A stretch of 64,000 nucleotides of DNA from the IMG/VR virus record IMGVR_UViG_2868108522_000001, positions 1-64,000 of that record, one strand, 5' to 3'. The position numbers and the translations under genes were made by a program. Below the pieces are notes generated by a model, which saw only the letters and a program-made list of their open reading frames with translations, searched no databases and had not been told where the DNA came from. Of this stretch, positions 28,543-37,730 are shown piece after piece. This stretch comes from a virus (Duplodnaviria > Caudoviricetes). Each line of letters starts with the position of its first letter. Position 1 is the stretch's first letter.

Positions 28543-28824
28543 GTGGCTACCACCATCGACAGCCTCATCACCGACTACGCCCAGGACATCGCCTCCGAGG
28601 CTGGCCTGGATGCCGCGGACTACCAGCGGACCGCCGCCGGCCTCGCCAGCCTCCTCACCGACACCGCCGCCGACATGCCCGCCGGCCAGGTTCGCGACTG
28701 GCTGACCGACGCCGCAGCCGACTTGGACGCCTACCACCGCGCCAACGCCAGCGGAGACCAGGCGCGCACCCTCCTCACCCAGGTCGACGCCCGCCTCTAC
28801 GAGGCCCACTACGACCTGACCTGA
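28543..28824 (+). CDS. Hypothetical helical protein
   Basis: AAGGA RBS. Confidence 0.55.
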   Translation: MATTIDSLITDYAQDIASEAGLDAADYQRTAAGLASLLTDTAADMPAGQVRDWLTDAAADLDAYHRANASGDQARTLLTQVDARLYEAHYDLT

Positions 28825-28865
28825 ACCCCCACCCCACGCACCGCCGACTCAAGAAAGAGCCACCC

Positions 28866-29096
28866 ATGTCTCCGTTCCTGTTCTCCGCCGACCACGCCCA
28901 CACCGACCTGGGCCGCCGGGCCCGCGCCGCCACCCTGGTCGGCGAAGAGGCCGTCCTGCCGATCGCCTACCTGTTCGCCGAGTACGCCGCCGCCAAGGCC
29001 CGCGGCGACCGGGCGCGGGTCGCAGAGATCCGCCTCGCCGCCGACCCCGAGCTGGTCGCCGAGCTCGACGGGTTCGACGAGCCGGCCGCCGCCTGA
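28866..29096 (+). CDS. Hypothetical protein
   Basis: Coupled to next gene. Confidence 0.55.
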   Translation: MSPFLFSADHAHTDLGRRARAATLVGEEAVLPIAYLFAEYAAAKARGDRARVAEIRLAADPELVAELDGFDEPAAA

Positions 29097-29476
29097 TGGC
29101 CACGGTCGAGATCGTTTCGTTCGGCTTTCTGCACGCCGAGGCTCCACAGGCCGACATCGTGCTGGATCTTCGCCGAGCGTTCCGTGACCCGCACGTGGAC
29201 CCGCGGATACGGCAGCTCACCGGCCGGGACCGGGCCGTCCGCCAGGCCGTACTCGACACCGCCGGGGTCCGGCAGCTCCTGAAGACCACCACTCGGCAGG
29301 TCGCCGCCTACGCGTCCGGGCCGTCTGCCGACCGGATCGTCATCGGCTCCGGCTGTGCGGGCGGAAGGCACCGCTCCGTCGTCGTCGCCGATCAGCTTGC
29401 CCGCCGGCTCCGACGACGCGGCCACACCGTCACCGTCACCCACCGCGACATCCGCCGCCCCGTCGTACAGCGCTAA
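29096..29476 (+). CDS. RapZ C-terminal-domain-like protein
   Basis: IVSFGFLH..ADIVLDLR..DPH..LTGRD..GCAGGRHRSV. Confidence 0.8.
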   Translation: MATVEIVSFGFLHAEAPQADIVLDLRRAFRDPHVDPRIRQLTGRDRAVRQAVLDTAGVRQLLKTTTRQVAAYASGPSADRIVIGSGCAGGRHRSVVVADQLARRLRRRGHTVTVTHRDIRRPVVQR

Positions 29477-29566
29477 CCGATCAGCCTTCGCCGGCCACTC
29501 CTGGGCCTGTGCTTCGAAGCAGGCGAAGGCACTGCACCACCCGACCACTACCGAGAGGAACCCGAT

Positions 29567-29749
29567 ATGCGCGAGAACGACCTGGACAGGGCGCTGCGGC
29601 AGCACAGTGAGGCCGTCCGCGAGGAGCGAACCCAGCTGGCCAACGACGCCCTGCGTGCCGAGGGAAAGCCGCTGAAGCACTGCGGTGTCGAGGCCAAGTC
29701 GAACCGTCACGGTGACTGGGTGTGCCGCCGCTGCGGCGACATCTTCTGA
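29567..29749 (+). CDS. Small Zn-ribbon-like protein
   Basis: HCG...WVCRRCG. Confidence 0.5.
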   Translation: MRENDLDRALRQHSEAVREERTQLANDALRAEGKPLKHCGVEAKSNRHGDWVCRRCGDIF

Positions 29750-29845
29750 TCCCGCACCCAGCCCTGGCCGACCGATCACGGGTCTACCGCCTCAAAGCAG
29801 GCCAGGGCACGCACCAGCCCGCATTCACCGACTGTAAGGAACCTC

Positions 29846-30037
29846 ATGCCCTACACCACGACCTATCGCTACACGGCCGACGTGAAAGACCGCCAGACCG
29901 ACCGCACCGGCGTCGTCGAGGGCGAGGTGACCGTCGGCAGCTCCGAGGGTCACACCGGGGCCCGTCGCCTCGTGCAATCCCGCTACTCCCGCCAGGGGCT
30001 CATCGTCACCGACGTCCGCTTCCGGCCGACGCGCTGA
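29846..30037 (+). CDS. Hypothetical protein
   Basis: AAGGA RBS. Confidence 0.55.
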   Translation: MPYTTTYRYTADVKDRQTDRTGVVEGEVTVGSSEGHTGARRLVQSRYSRQGLIVTDVRFRPTR

Positions 30038-30075
30038 CCGACTGCCAGCCCACCCCACCAGAGAGAGGAAGATCA

Positions 30076-30276
30076 ATGAGTTACAGGAAGGGCGACCTGG
30101 TGATCGTGGTCGCTGCAGGCCCGGAGAACGAGGGCACGGTCGGCAAGATGGGTGTCGTCGTCGACGGCGGCGCCCTGTCCGGCGGCGACGTGTCCGTGAG
30201 GGGTATCGACGCCTGGCCCGTCGAGGCGATCAAGGGCTACCGGTCGTACACGCCCAACCAGCTGCGGAAGGCGTGA
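30076..30276 (+). CDS. Small KOW/SH3-like protein
   Basis: YRKGDLVIVV.GP..G.VG. Confidence 0.5.
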   Translation: MSYRKGDLVIVVAAGPENEGTVGKMGVVVDGGALSGGDVSVRGIDAWPVEAIKGYRSYTPNQLRKA

Positions 30277-30467
30277 GCGCCGTGACCTGGTTCCGCCGCC
30301 GCCCCAAGACCGCCGCGACTGTCGCCGTCGACCTGGATGTGGCCCGTCGTGCCGCCGAAGCCGTCAACCGCGGCGACGTCGACGAGGCGAACCGCATCGT
30401 CAACGCCACCACCGACCCGCAAGCGCACGCCTTCGAGGCGTTCCGCTTCATCGACGTGGAGGCCTGA
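30273..30467 (+). CDS. Hypothetical protein
   Basis: Coupled ORF. Confidence 0.55.
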   Translation: MSAVTWFRRRPKTAATVAVDLDVARRAAEAVNRGDVDEANRIVNATTDPQAHAFEAFRFIDVEA

Positions 30468-30664
30468 TGCCGGTCACGTTCCGCAAGAGCTTCCGGATCC
30501 TGCCCGGCGTCCGCATCACCATCAACCGCCAGTCCTGGTCCATCACCGTCGGACCCAAGGGCGGGCCCAAGCGCACCTGGTCCAGCACCGGCCAGACCAC
30601 CACCAGCTACGACCTGCCCGGCCCGTTCGGCTACCGCTCCACCCGCCGCCGCAACCACCGCTGA
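30467..30664 (+). CDS. DUF4236-like protein
   Basis: FRKSFRILPGVRITIN...S.TVG..G. Confidence 0.75.
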   Translation: MPVTFRKSFRILPGVRITINRQSWSITVGPKGGPKRTWSSTGQTTTSYDLPGPFGYRSTRRRNHR

Positions 30665-30684
30665 TCGAAAGGACTTCGACCGTC

Positions 30685-32064
30685 ATGACTGCCAGCCCGC
30701 CGAAGGTGAACGGCCACGCACGGCCGCCGGCCCTGCAAGTACTGGGGGACTGGCAGCCCGTCGCCGCCGAGACCGAGCCCGTCGAGGAACAGCGCAGCCC
30801 CGAGCCCGAGCCGGCCAAGGCCGAGCCCACAGCGGCCGACGTCGAGGTGGCCCGCGCCAGGGCATGGGCCGAGGCCGAGGAACGGCGTGTCGCTGCTGAG
30901 GCCGCCAAGGACGAGCGGCGGATCAAGGCCGAGGCCGAAGCCGACGCCATCCGCGTGGAGGCCGAGGAGGACGCCCGCAAGGTACGCCTCGCCAACGACC
31001 GGGCCGAGCGCAAAGCGCGCGAGGACGAGGCCGCGTCCGAGGCGCGGATCGCCGAGCACAACAGGCGCCGCGACGAAGCCGACCGGGCCCGGGAGCGCGC
31101 CGCCCGCGAGGACGCCGAGCAGCAGCAGACAGAGACCGAGAAGGCCAAGGTCGTCGAGAAGTCCAGCAAGCGGTGGCGCCGCGTCGCCCTCGGCTTCTAC
31201 GCCCTGTGCGCCACCGTCGCGCTGCCCGTGCAGATGGCCGCGTTCTGGGACCCGAACGCCAAGTACCTGCTCGTCGCCCCGATCTTCATCGAGGTCATCG
31301 CTCTCGTCGCTCTCGTCGGTGCCGCAGCCGCCGTCACCGACGGGCGTCCGCAGTGGCACTACCGGCTCGTCGCCTGGGCCGGCGCCCTCACCGCCGCCAC
31401 CATCAACGCCGTCCACGGGCTCGGCGCGTTCGACGCCGCCACCGCGTTCGGCACCGCCCTCGCCTCCGTCGCCGGGCCCGGCATGTGGGACCTCCACGAG
31501 CACGGCCGAATCCGCAAGCGCGACGGCGTCCCCACCCGCGGGGAGCGGAAGGCGGCGGAGAAGGAAGCCAAGCGGATCGCCGCCGAGAAGGCCGCGGAGG
31601 AGAAGCGTCGGGCCGCCGAGAAGAAGGCCGCCGACGAGGCCGCGGCGGAGGCCGCGAAGCAGCTCGCGGAGATGCGCCAGGCGGAGTTCGAGGACGTGTG
31701 GAAGCACGCCCGGAAGCTGGCCGCAGCGCTCGGTGAAACGACCGTGACCGAGGCTGTGTGGCGGCGCGCGCACAAGGACATCCGCGGCGCCGACCCCGGC
31801 GAGGACGCGGAGACGATCCGGGCCCGCAACGCGGCCGAGACGAGGGTCGAAGCGGCCCGCCAGAAGCGCCCAGTGAACACCCTCAGCAAGACCACGTCGT
31901 CGCAGGTCGATCAACAAGTGCCCCCTCGCCCTCGTCGCGGTCACGCAGGGGGCCCGAAGGTGCGCGGAGTGCGACGCCCGAACGACTCGCAGAGGTACAG
32001 CAGCGGGGCCCGAAAGCAGATGTCGCTGACCGCAAAGAGCAGCTCGTCCATGGAGACGAAATGA
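30685..32064 (+). CDS. Spd-like coiled-coil/4-TM membrane protein
   Basis: Coiled coil, four hydrophobic segments, AATINAVH, basic C-terminus; upstream of traB. Confidence 0.7.
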   Translation: MTASPPKVNGHARPPALQVLGDWQPVAAETEPVEEQRSPEPEPAKAEPTAADVEVARARAWAEAEERRVAAEAAKDERRIKAEAEADAIRVEAEEDARKVRLANDRAERKAREDEAASEARIAEHNRRRDEADRARERAAREDAEQQQTETEKAKVVEKSSKRWRRVALGFYALCATVALPVQMAAFWDPNAKYLLVAPIFIEVIALVALVGAAAAVTDGRPQWHYRLVAWAGALTAATINAVHGLGAFDAATAFGTALASVAGPGMWDLHEHGRIRKRDGVPTRGERKAAEKEAKRIAAEKAAEEKRRAAEKKAADEAAAEAAKQLAEMRQAEFEDVWKHARKLAAALGETTVTEAVWRRAHKDIRGADPGEDAETIRARNAAETRVEAARQKRPVNTLSKTTSSQVDQQVPPRPRRGHAGGPKVRGVRRPNDSQRYSSGARKQMSLTAKSSSSMETK

Positions 32065-32564
32065 ACGCATCGAAGATAGGCGTCACCTACGTCCTGACGC
32101 ACCCCGAGTTCGGCTCGGTGAAGGTGGGCGTCACGACTTACGGATCACGCCGAATGCGAGACCTCTGGCGCCGTCAGGGATGGGTTCCGTACAAGGAGCT
32201 CCACCTCGTCTCCAAGCCTCTCGCCGAGACCGTTGAGCAGAACGTCCTGCTGCAACTCCGACACCGCTTCAACATCCCCGCACACCTCACGCATGACCTC
32301 ATGCCCGAAGGGTGGACCGAGACCGTGAGCGCTCGACTCATGAGCCCGGACGCCGTCTGGGAGCTGGTCTGCCTGGAGGCGGGCGTACTCCAGATGAGCC
32401 CTTCCGTGGGCGCCTTCAAGCCCACTTCGCACCGACCGCCCAGCTCCTACCGACGCACCAAGGGCGATACACCCAAGTACCACCCGATCGCCCGGCTGCT
32501 GGCCAGCCAGGAGCGCCGGATCCTTCCGAAGACCGCCAAGAGCACTCGCCCGAACGCCAACTAA
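32061..32564 (+). CDS. GIY-YIG/T5orf172-like nuclease
   Basis: GVTYVL..GSVKVGVT..RR..E..GWTET. Confidence 0.55.
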   Translation: MNASKIGVTYVLTHPEFGSVKVGVTTYGSRRMRDLWRRQGWVPYKELHLVSKPLAETVEQNVLLQLRHRFNIPAHLTHDLMPEGWTETVSARLMSPDAVWELVCLEAGVLQMSPSVGAFKPTSHRPPSSYRRTKGDTPKYHPIARLLASQERRILPKTAKSTRPNAN

Positions 32565-32587
32565 CCCACCTCCTGGAGAAGATCGAA

Positions 32588-33178
32588 ATGAACGTCACCC
32601 TTCGTCGTATCGCCGTGTCGGGCAGTGCCGCGGTTGCCGTCCTCGGCGGTGCCGCCACCATCACCCTGGCTGCCCCCTCGCCGGCTTCCGCTGCCGTCTC
32701 CGAGCACGTCGTCGAGCGGGCCGTCACCGCCCCCGTCACGATGCCCGACGGGCGCACGATCCGGATCACTGGCATGGGCGGCTACGGCCACCACGCCACC
32801 GACAAGCACATCGCCGTCGTCGCCGGATTCAAGACCGACACCCAGCCGGGTGGCCTCGACGGAATCACCAACGGACTCACCCCCGACAACTCCGGCACGG
32901 GCGCCCAGCTGCAGAACCCGCAGCAGGTCCCGGCCGGCTATCCGCAGAACATCCAGACCCAGGCATCCGGCGGCACGATCGGCGTCACGGTGGCTGTCGG
33001 CGTAGGCCTTCTGATCGGCGTGATCGTCATGCTCAAGCGGGGCTCGATGAAGTTCATCCAGGCCGCCGCGTGCATCGCCCTCGGCGTGTACCTCGCCCCC
33101 ACGTTCGTCGGCCCGCTCGTGCAGCAGCTCGGCGGATCCGTCGGCGTCGGCCTCGGCAACGTCTGGTCCGGCTTCTAG
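32588..33178 (+). CDS. Secreted/membrane protein, Spd-like by context
   Basis: Signal peptide (RRIAV..ASA-A) plus two C-terminal TM helices. Confidence 0.65.
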   Translation: MNVTLRRIAVSGSAAVAVLGGAATITLAAPSPASAAVSEHVVERAVTAPVTMPDGRTIRITGMGGYGHHATDKHIAVVAGFKTDTQPGGLDGITNGLTPDNSGTGAQLQNPQQVPAGYPQNIQTQASGGTIGVTVAVGVGLLIGVIVMLKRGSMKFIQAAACIALGVYLAPTFVGPLVQQLGGSVGVGLGNVWSGF

Positions 33179-33240
33179 GCCACACCCCTCCTGCGGGGCC
33201 CGCACGGGCCCCGCCCCCCGACTCTGGAAGGACACGGCCT

Positions 33241-35496
33241 GTGGCCACCGAGACCGAACCCGTCGAGCAGCAGATCCCGCCCATGCCCACCGACCCGCCC
33301 ACCATCCCGCGCAAGCAGCGGATCGACACCGTGAAGCTGCAGGCCAAGGCCGCCTACGGCGAGCAGAAGCAGAACGTTCGGCAGCGCCTCGCCGCCTGGT
33401 TCGCCACCGCTGACATCGACGACCAGAAGCTCGCCGAGCAGGTCGTCGACAACAAGCGCCGCCAGGCCCAGCGACAGGACGACGAACTCCTGCGCCAGGT
33501 CGGCCGCGTCAACAGCCGACTCGCCCAAGCGCGCATAGACGCCGCCCGTCGCGGAGAGGAGACCAGCCCCCAGGTCGAGCGGATCAAGGGCGAGCTGGCC
33601 GCGCTGCAGGCCCGCGTCGAGACACGAGCCGCCGAAGGCCCCGCGGTCGCGGTGATGCCGCCCACCAACAAGGAACTGGACCGGGCCCGCTGGACGAAGA
33701 AGGCAACCCGGGTCGCCGCCGTCCTCGCTGGCGGCTACGGCTACCTGCACGGCATCGCAGTCGAACCAGCCCTCCTGCTGCTGTCGATCCCGGCCGGTGG
33801 CTTCGGCTGGTGGTTCCTTTCCCGCCCGCACGTTGAGGACAGCACGGAGGCGGGTGCCCCTTTCCTGCAGACCCCGGCCCTGCCCGCCACGTTCCTGGCG
33901 GACCCGACGCAGGCCGGGGGAGCGATGAGCGTCGGATCGCACGTCGTCATGAACGTCGAGCAGCTCGCCGAAGGCGCCAAGCCGTTCCCGCTCAGGACCG
34001 TGTCCACGCCGCAGCAGCTCGCTGAATGCGTGCTCCTCGCCGCCCGCGCCGAGAACGTGCCGATCGTCGAGGTGGCGGACGTGCAGCGGCAGCCGTGGGG
34101 GTGGCAGTGCGTCGTCCGCGTCGGCGAAAGCACCCCCGAAGCGATCATCGCCAAGTCGGGGGCACTGGAGACCCGGTTTGACCTGCCCACCAACGGGGTC
34201 CGGCCGCAGCCGCTCCGTGCCCGCCGCGCCTGCGCCATCCTCCGCCTCGTCGACGGCGACCCGTTCGCCACCGCACCCGGCCTGCCGTACCGGGCACCCA
34301 AGTCCCTGTCGATCACCGGCCGGTTCAGGATCGGCACCAGCGTCGGCGGCGACCCGCTCGAACTGTCCCTGGCCGGTGTCATGGGCCTGTGGGTTGCCGC
34401 CTCCGGTGGCGGCAAGACCGGCATCCTCCAGGCACTCGCCGAAGGAGTCACCGCCTGCTACGACAACATCACCATCGACTGCGACCCGCACGGTGACGGC
34501 CTCGAAGACCTCGGCGACGCCGTCCGGATCACTGCCCGCTCCAACGAGCAGATCGAAGCCGTCCTCCTGTTCTTCCTGGTCATGTCGAAGGCCAGGGCGC
34601 GGCTGCGGGCGAAGCTCGGCATGGGCAAGAAGTGGAAGCCGTCCGCATCCCACCCTGCCGTCACGATCTTCATTGACGAGTTTCCGAAGCTGTCCGACCT
34701 GGCCAAGCTCCTCGCCTTCGACCTGCTCCTCGTCGGCCGCAAGGAGCTGATTGAGGTGCAGTACGCCTCCCAGGGCGGCACGACCCGCTACCTCGGCGAG
34801 AACATCGCCCAGATGATGGCCCTCAAGGCCGTCGGCCCCTGCAAGGTCGGCGACACTCGCGCCGTGTTCGGCGACGACTCCGTCCGCGAGGGCTACCTGC
34901 CGCACAAGCTCAGCCCCGCCACCGATACCGACGCCAAGGATGCTGGCCATCTCTTCATCCAGGGCGTGCCCGGCATGGCCGACGAGCCGATCGAGTACGC
35001 CATCCACGAAGCACCCTCCGACGTGCTGCGGAAGCTAGCCGCGGAGCGCGCCGACGCCGGACTCCTCGACCCCGACCAGGACAGCCTCGACGGCATGCGC
35101 GGCGTCGACCTGCCCGAGTACGCCGAGGCGGAGTACGACAAGCAGGGCGACCTTAAGAAGCCGGCCCCGGTGTCACTCCTCACGTGGGAGCAGCTGCTGC
35201 GCCTGTGCGATGCCGAACCGCCCGCCGGATCGGAGCTGACGGACGGTCCGGCGCGGGCCGCGGTCGAGGACTCGGTCGCTGTCATGGAGAAGGCTGGCGT
35301 GGACCGGATGAAGACCGAGCCGCTGCTGGCCGCCCTGCACGAGTTCGACCCGGAGACCTACGGCGAGCTGGGTGTCGACGAGTTCAAGGCGCTGATGAAG
35401 CAGGCGGGCGCCGGGTCGCCCATAACGCTCGGGCCGATCGGTGAGGAGAAGAATCCGCGCGGCTTCAAGCGTGATCGACTCCGCCACCTGCTGTGA
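33241..35496 (+). CDS. traB: TraB-like FtsK/SpoIIIE conjugative DNA translocase
   Basis: Two N-terminal TMs, Walker A AASGGGKT, Walker B TIFIDE, ASQ, DAGHLF, C-terminal winged helix ending RGFKRDRL. Confidence 0.8.
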   Translation: MATETEPVEQQIPPMPTDPPTIPRKQRIDTVKLQAKAAYGEQKQNVRQRLAAWFATADIDDQKLAEQVVDNKRRQAQRQDDELLRQVGRVNSRLAQARIDAARRGEETSPQVERIKGELAALQARVETRAAEGPAVAVMPPTNKELDRARWTKKATRVAAVLAGGYGYLHGIAVEPALLLLSIPAGGFGWWFLSRPHVEDSTEAGAPFLQTPALPATFLADPTQAGGAMSVGSHVVMNVEQLAEGAKPFPLRTVSTPQQLAECVLLAARAENVPIVEVADVQRQPWGWQCVVRVGESTPEAIIAKSGALETRFDLPTNGVRPQPLRARRACAILRLVDGDPFATAPGLPYRAPKSLSITGRFRIGTSVGGDPLELSLAGVMGLWVAASGGGKTGILQALAEGVTACYDNITIDCDPHGDGLEDLGDAVRITARSNEQIEAVLLFFLVMSKARARLRAKLGMGKKWKPSASHPAVTIFIDEFPKLSDLAKLLAFDLLLVGRKELIEVQYASQGGTTRYLGENIAQMMALKAVGPCKVGDTRAVFGDDSVREGYLPHKLSPATDTDAKDAGHLFIQGVPGMADEPIEYAIHEAPSDVLRKLAAERADAGLLDPDQDSLDGMRGVDLPEYAEAEYDKQGDLKKPAPVSLLTWEQLLRLCDAEPPAGSELTDGPARAAVEDSVAVMEKAGVDRMKTEPLLAALHEFDPETYGELGVDEFKALMKQAGAGSPITLGPIGEEKNPRGFKRDRLRHLL

Positions 35497-35720
35497 CCAA
35501 TATGTGAGGTATGCACGGCTGATCGGTCGCAGATCAGCCGTGCTCACACCGCAACACCGCAGGTCAGCGACCGCTCCCGCTCTCGCTCCGTCAACGCTCA
35601 GGGCTCGCTCCGAGCGGCACCCGATCAGGCCCTGCGCGGTCGCCGACCTGCACCTCTCCGGGGCGAGCAGTCCCGATCAGCAAGAACAAACCATCACAAA
35701 CCAGAAACGGAGATCACCGC

Positions 35721-36134
35721 ATGTCTGAGAAGTTCGAGCCCACGAAGAAGGGCGCCCGGGACCTCACCCGCTACCTGGACCGCCGCGGCAAGGGCACCAC
35801 CGTGTACACGGTCGCCGAAGGCCGCGACTGGGGCCTCGGAAGCGAGCGCGTCTACAACAAGCACACCTTCACGGGCCGCTCGTGGGGCAGCGCCAACTGG
35901 ACCACCGGCCACTACTCGCCGACGACGCTGCTGAGCAACTGCGGCACCGTCTACACCGAGCCGCCCCGCGGCGCCCGCTACCTCGGCGACCGCGCCCCTC
36001 AGGTCGCCGGCCCGCTCGGCAACGACGACTACGAGGGGATCTTGGACGAGGACGAACTGCGTGGCCTGGAGAAGCAGGCCCGACAGACGTCGAACCCGAA
36101 GACCCGACGGCGCCCCGGCATCTGGCGCGTCTGA
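35721..36134 (+). CDS. Hypothetical protein
   Basis: GGAG RBS; 137 aa. Confidence 0.6.
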   Translation: MSEKFEPTKKGARDLTRYLDRRGKGTTVYTVAEGRDWGLGSERVYNKHTFTGRSWGSANWTTGHYSPTTLLSNCGTVYTEPPRGARYLGDRAPQVAGPLGNDDYEGILDEDELRGLEKQARQTSNPKTRRRPGIWRV

Positions 36135-36158
36135 CCCACCCACCCGAAGGAGATCACC

Positions 36159-36341
36159 GTGCAGTACACCCACCAGTCCGTCCGTGACCTGGTCGACGCC
36201 AAGCGGCGCGGCGACAGGGCGGCGGCAGACCGCATCACGGCCGACGTCACAAGGCGCTACGACGCAGGGCAGGCAACGGGCGACGAGATCGTCGAGCTGG
36301 GCCAGGCCGACGTGCGCGTCCGCTTCGGATCGGGGGAGTGA
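36159..36341 (+). CDS. Hypothetical protein
   Basis: AAGGAG RBS. Confidence 0.55.
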   Translation: MQYTHQSVRDLVDAKRRGDRAAADRITADVTRRYDAGQATGDEIVELGQADVRVRFGSGE

Positions 36342-36514
36342 CCGCGATGCTGACCCTGCGCGCGGCCATCGCCGCCGGATTCACCCACACCGAGATCTAC
36401 ACAGCGGCCACTCAGCCGAAGTAGCTCCGCCCGGGGCGCCCCTTCACAGCCTGGCAGCCACAGGGGCGCCCCGGTCCCCACGCCCACCCGAAGATCGACG
36501 AGGAGACCCTCATC

Positions 36515-36700
36515 ATGCCCCAATCCATGACCGACCAGGACTGGGAGGCGCAGAACGGCAGCCTCTCGCCCGAGCAAGTCCAGGCCCGCAGCCTGTGCTG
36601 GTGCTGCCGCGGAAACGGCGTCTTGTTCACCGCGTTCGGCGGTGTGCAGCGCCGGGTGCCCTGCCCCGAGAAGTGCGACAACGGCAAGGCCCGCCGATGA
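36515..36700 (+). CDS. Small Cys-rich protein
   Basis: CWCCRGNG..CPEKCDNG. Confidence 0.55.
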   Translation: MPQSMTDQDWEAQNGSLSPEQVQARSLCWCCRGNGVLFTAFGGVQRRVPCPEKCDNGKARR

Positions 36701-37200
36701 GCACGGCGACGATCACTCCCGCGCCGCCCGTCCTCGACCTGGACGCCCGACTCGCACTCGTCGACGCTGCCATGACGATCCGCCTGGACCAGGCCGCGGT
36801 CGCGTTCGAGGTGAACACGGCGCACCTGCCCGGCGCCGACCCGGTACCGCACATCGCCGAGACCCTGCCGCACCCGCCGACCACCGCGCCCAGCCCGTAC
36901 CGGACGCCGCTCGCCGACCTGCTCCACCGGGCCCGCACCCGGATCGAAACCGACGGCTGGTGCCGCGACGCCGCCTTCGACGAGGCCGGCGCCGTCTGCC
37001 CGATCCGGGCGATCCGGCTCGAAGCCCGCGGCGACCGGGACCTCGCCCACGACGCATGCGTCGCCCTCCTCGACGCCATCCAGGAACGCTTTGCCGACGC
37101 CGAGACGATCCCGTCGTGGAACCGGCAGCAGACCAGTGCCGGCCCCGTCCTCGCAGCCTTCGACCGCGCCACCCACCACGCCCACACCCGCAATCAGTAG
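36697..37200 (+). CDS. DUF6197-like protein
   Basis: LLHRARTRIETDGWC..C...AI..IPSWN. Confidence 0.55.
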   Translation: MSTATITPAPPVLDLDARLALVDAAMTIRLDQAAVAFEVNTAHLPGADPVPHIAETLPHPPTTAPSPYRTPLADLLHRARTRIETDGWCRDAAFDEAGAVCPIRAIRLEARGDRDLAHDACVALLDAIQERFADAETIPSWNRQQTSAGPVLAAFDRATHHAHTRNQ

Positions 37201-37209
37201 GAGACCCGC

Positions 37210-37422
37210 ATGCCGAACGCCGACCAGGCCCGCGAGAACGCGATCCGCGTCCTCATCGCCTCACAGAAAGCCGACCGCGCCGGACGCGCCGCCGACCCCG
37301 TCCACCGGCAGGTCGTGCCCGCCCTCGACCAGGCCAAAGCCGCCGGCTGCAACCTGCGGTCCATTCACGCCGACGCCGACCGCCGGTACGGGCAGTGGCT
37401 CATCGACAACGCAGGCCGGTGA
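37210..37422 (+). CDS. Hypothetical protein
   Basis: AGGAG RBS. Confidence 0.55.
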   Translation: MPNADQARENAIRVLIASQKADRAGRAADPVHRQVVPALDQAKAAGCNLRSIHADADRRYGQWLIDNAGR

Positions 37423-37427
37423 CGCCG

Positions 37428-37730
37428 ATGCCCGCCACGATCACCGTCGACGGTCTCATCCGGCAGCATGCTGTCGCCGTCGCCTACCTCGCCCACGAAC
37501 CCACCCCGGCCACAGACGTGGGTGCGTTCATCGCGCAGCTCGGCGCAGTCGCCGACCATCTTCAGGTGGCGGGGATCGTCGGCCACCACGACCTGAAAGC
37601 CGCGGCCCGGCTCATCGCCGAGGCTGCCGACGAGCCGTCCCAGCGGCGCGGCGTACTGCTGCAGCGTGCAGCCCTGTGCCTGTCGGGTGTCGGCGACATG
37701 GCCGACGAATACCGGGACATGGTCGCCTGA
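37428..37730 (+). CDS. Hypothetical helical protein, distantly similar to 28543..28824
   Basis: Similar start (T.DxLI..A) and length. Confidence 0.5.
   Translation: MPATITVDGLIRQHAVAVAYLAHEPTPATDVGAFIAQLGAVADHLQVAGIVGHHDLKAAARLIAEAADEPSQRRGVLLQRAALCLSGVGDMADEYRDMVA

Larger units (their letters stand above)
24870..37730. mobile_element. AICE/plasmid-type conjugation (tra/spd/kor/nudix-like) module embedded in the prophage
   Basis: TraB-like FtsK ATPase, Spd-like membrane proteins, NUDIX pair, divergent HTH repressor; no recognisable int/rep; boundaries approximate. Confidence 0.7.

Noticed and set aside
24870-37730. Autonomous AICE inserted in the prophage
   Set aside because: No integrase, excisionase, Rep or flanking att repeats recognised by eye; a decayed AICE is not fully excluded
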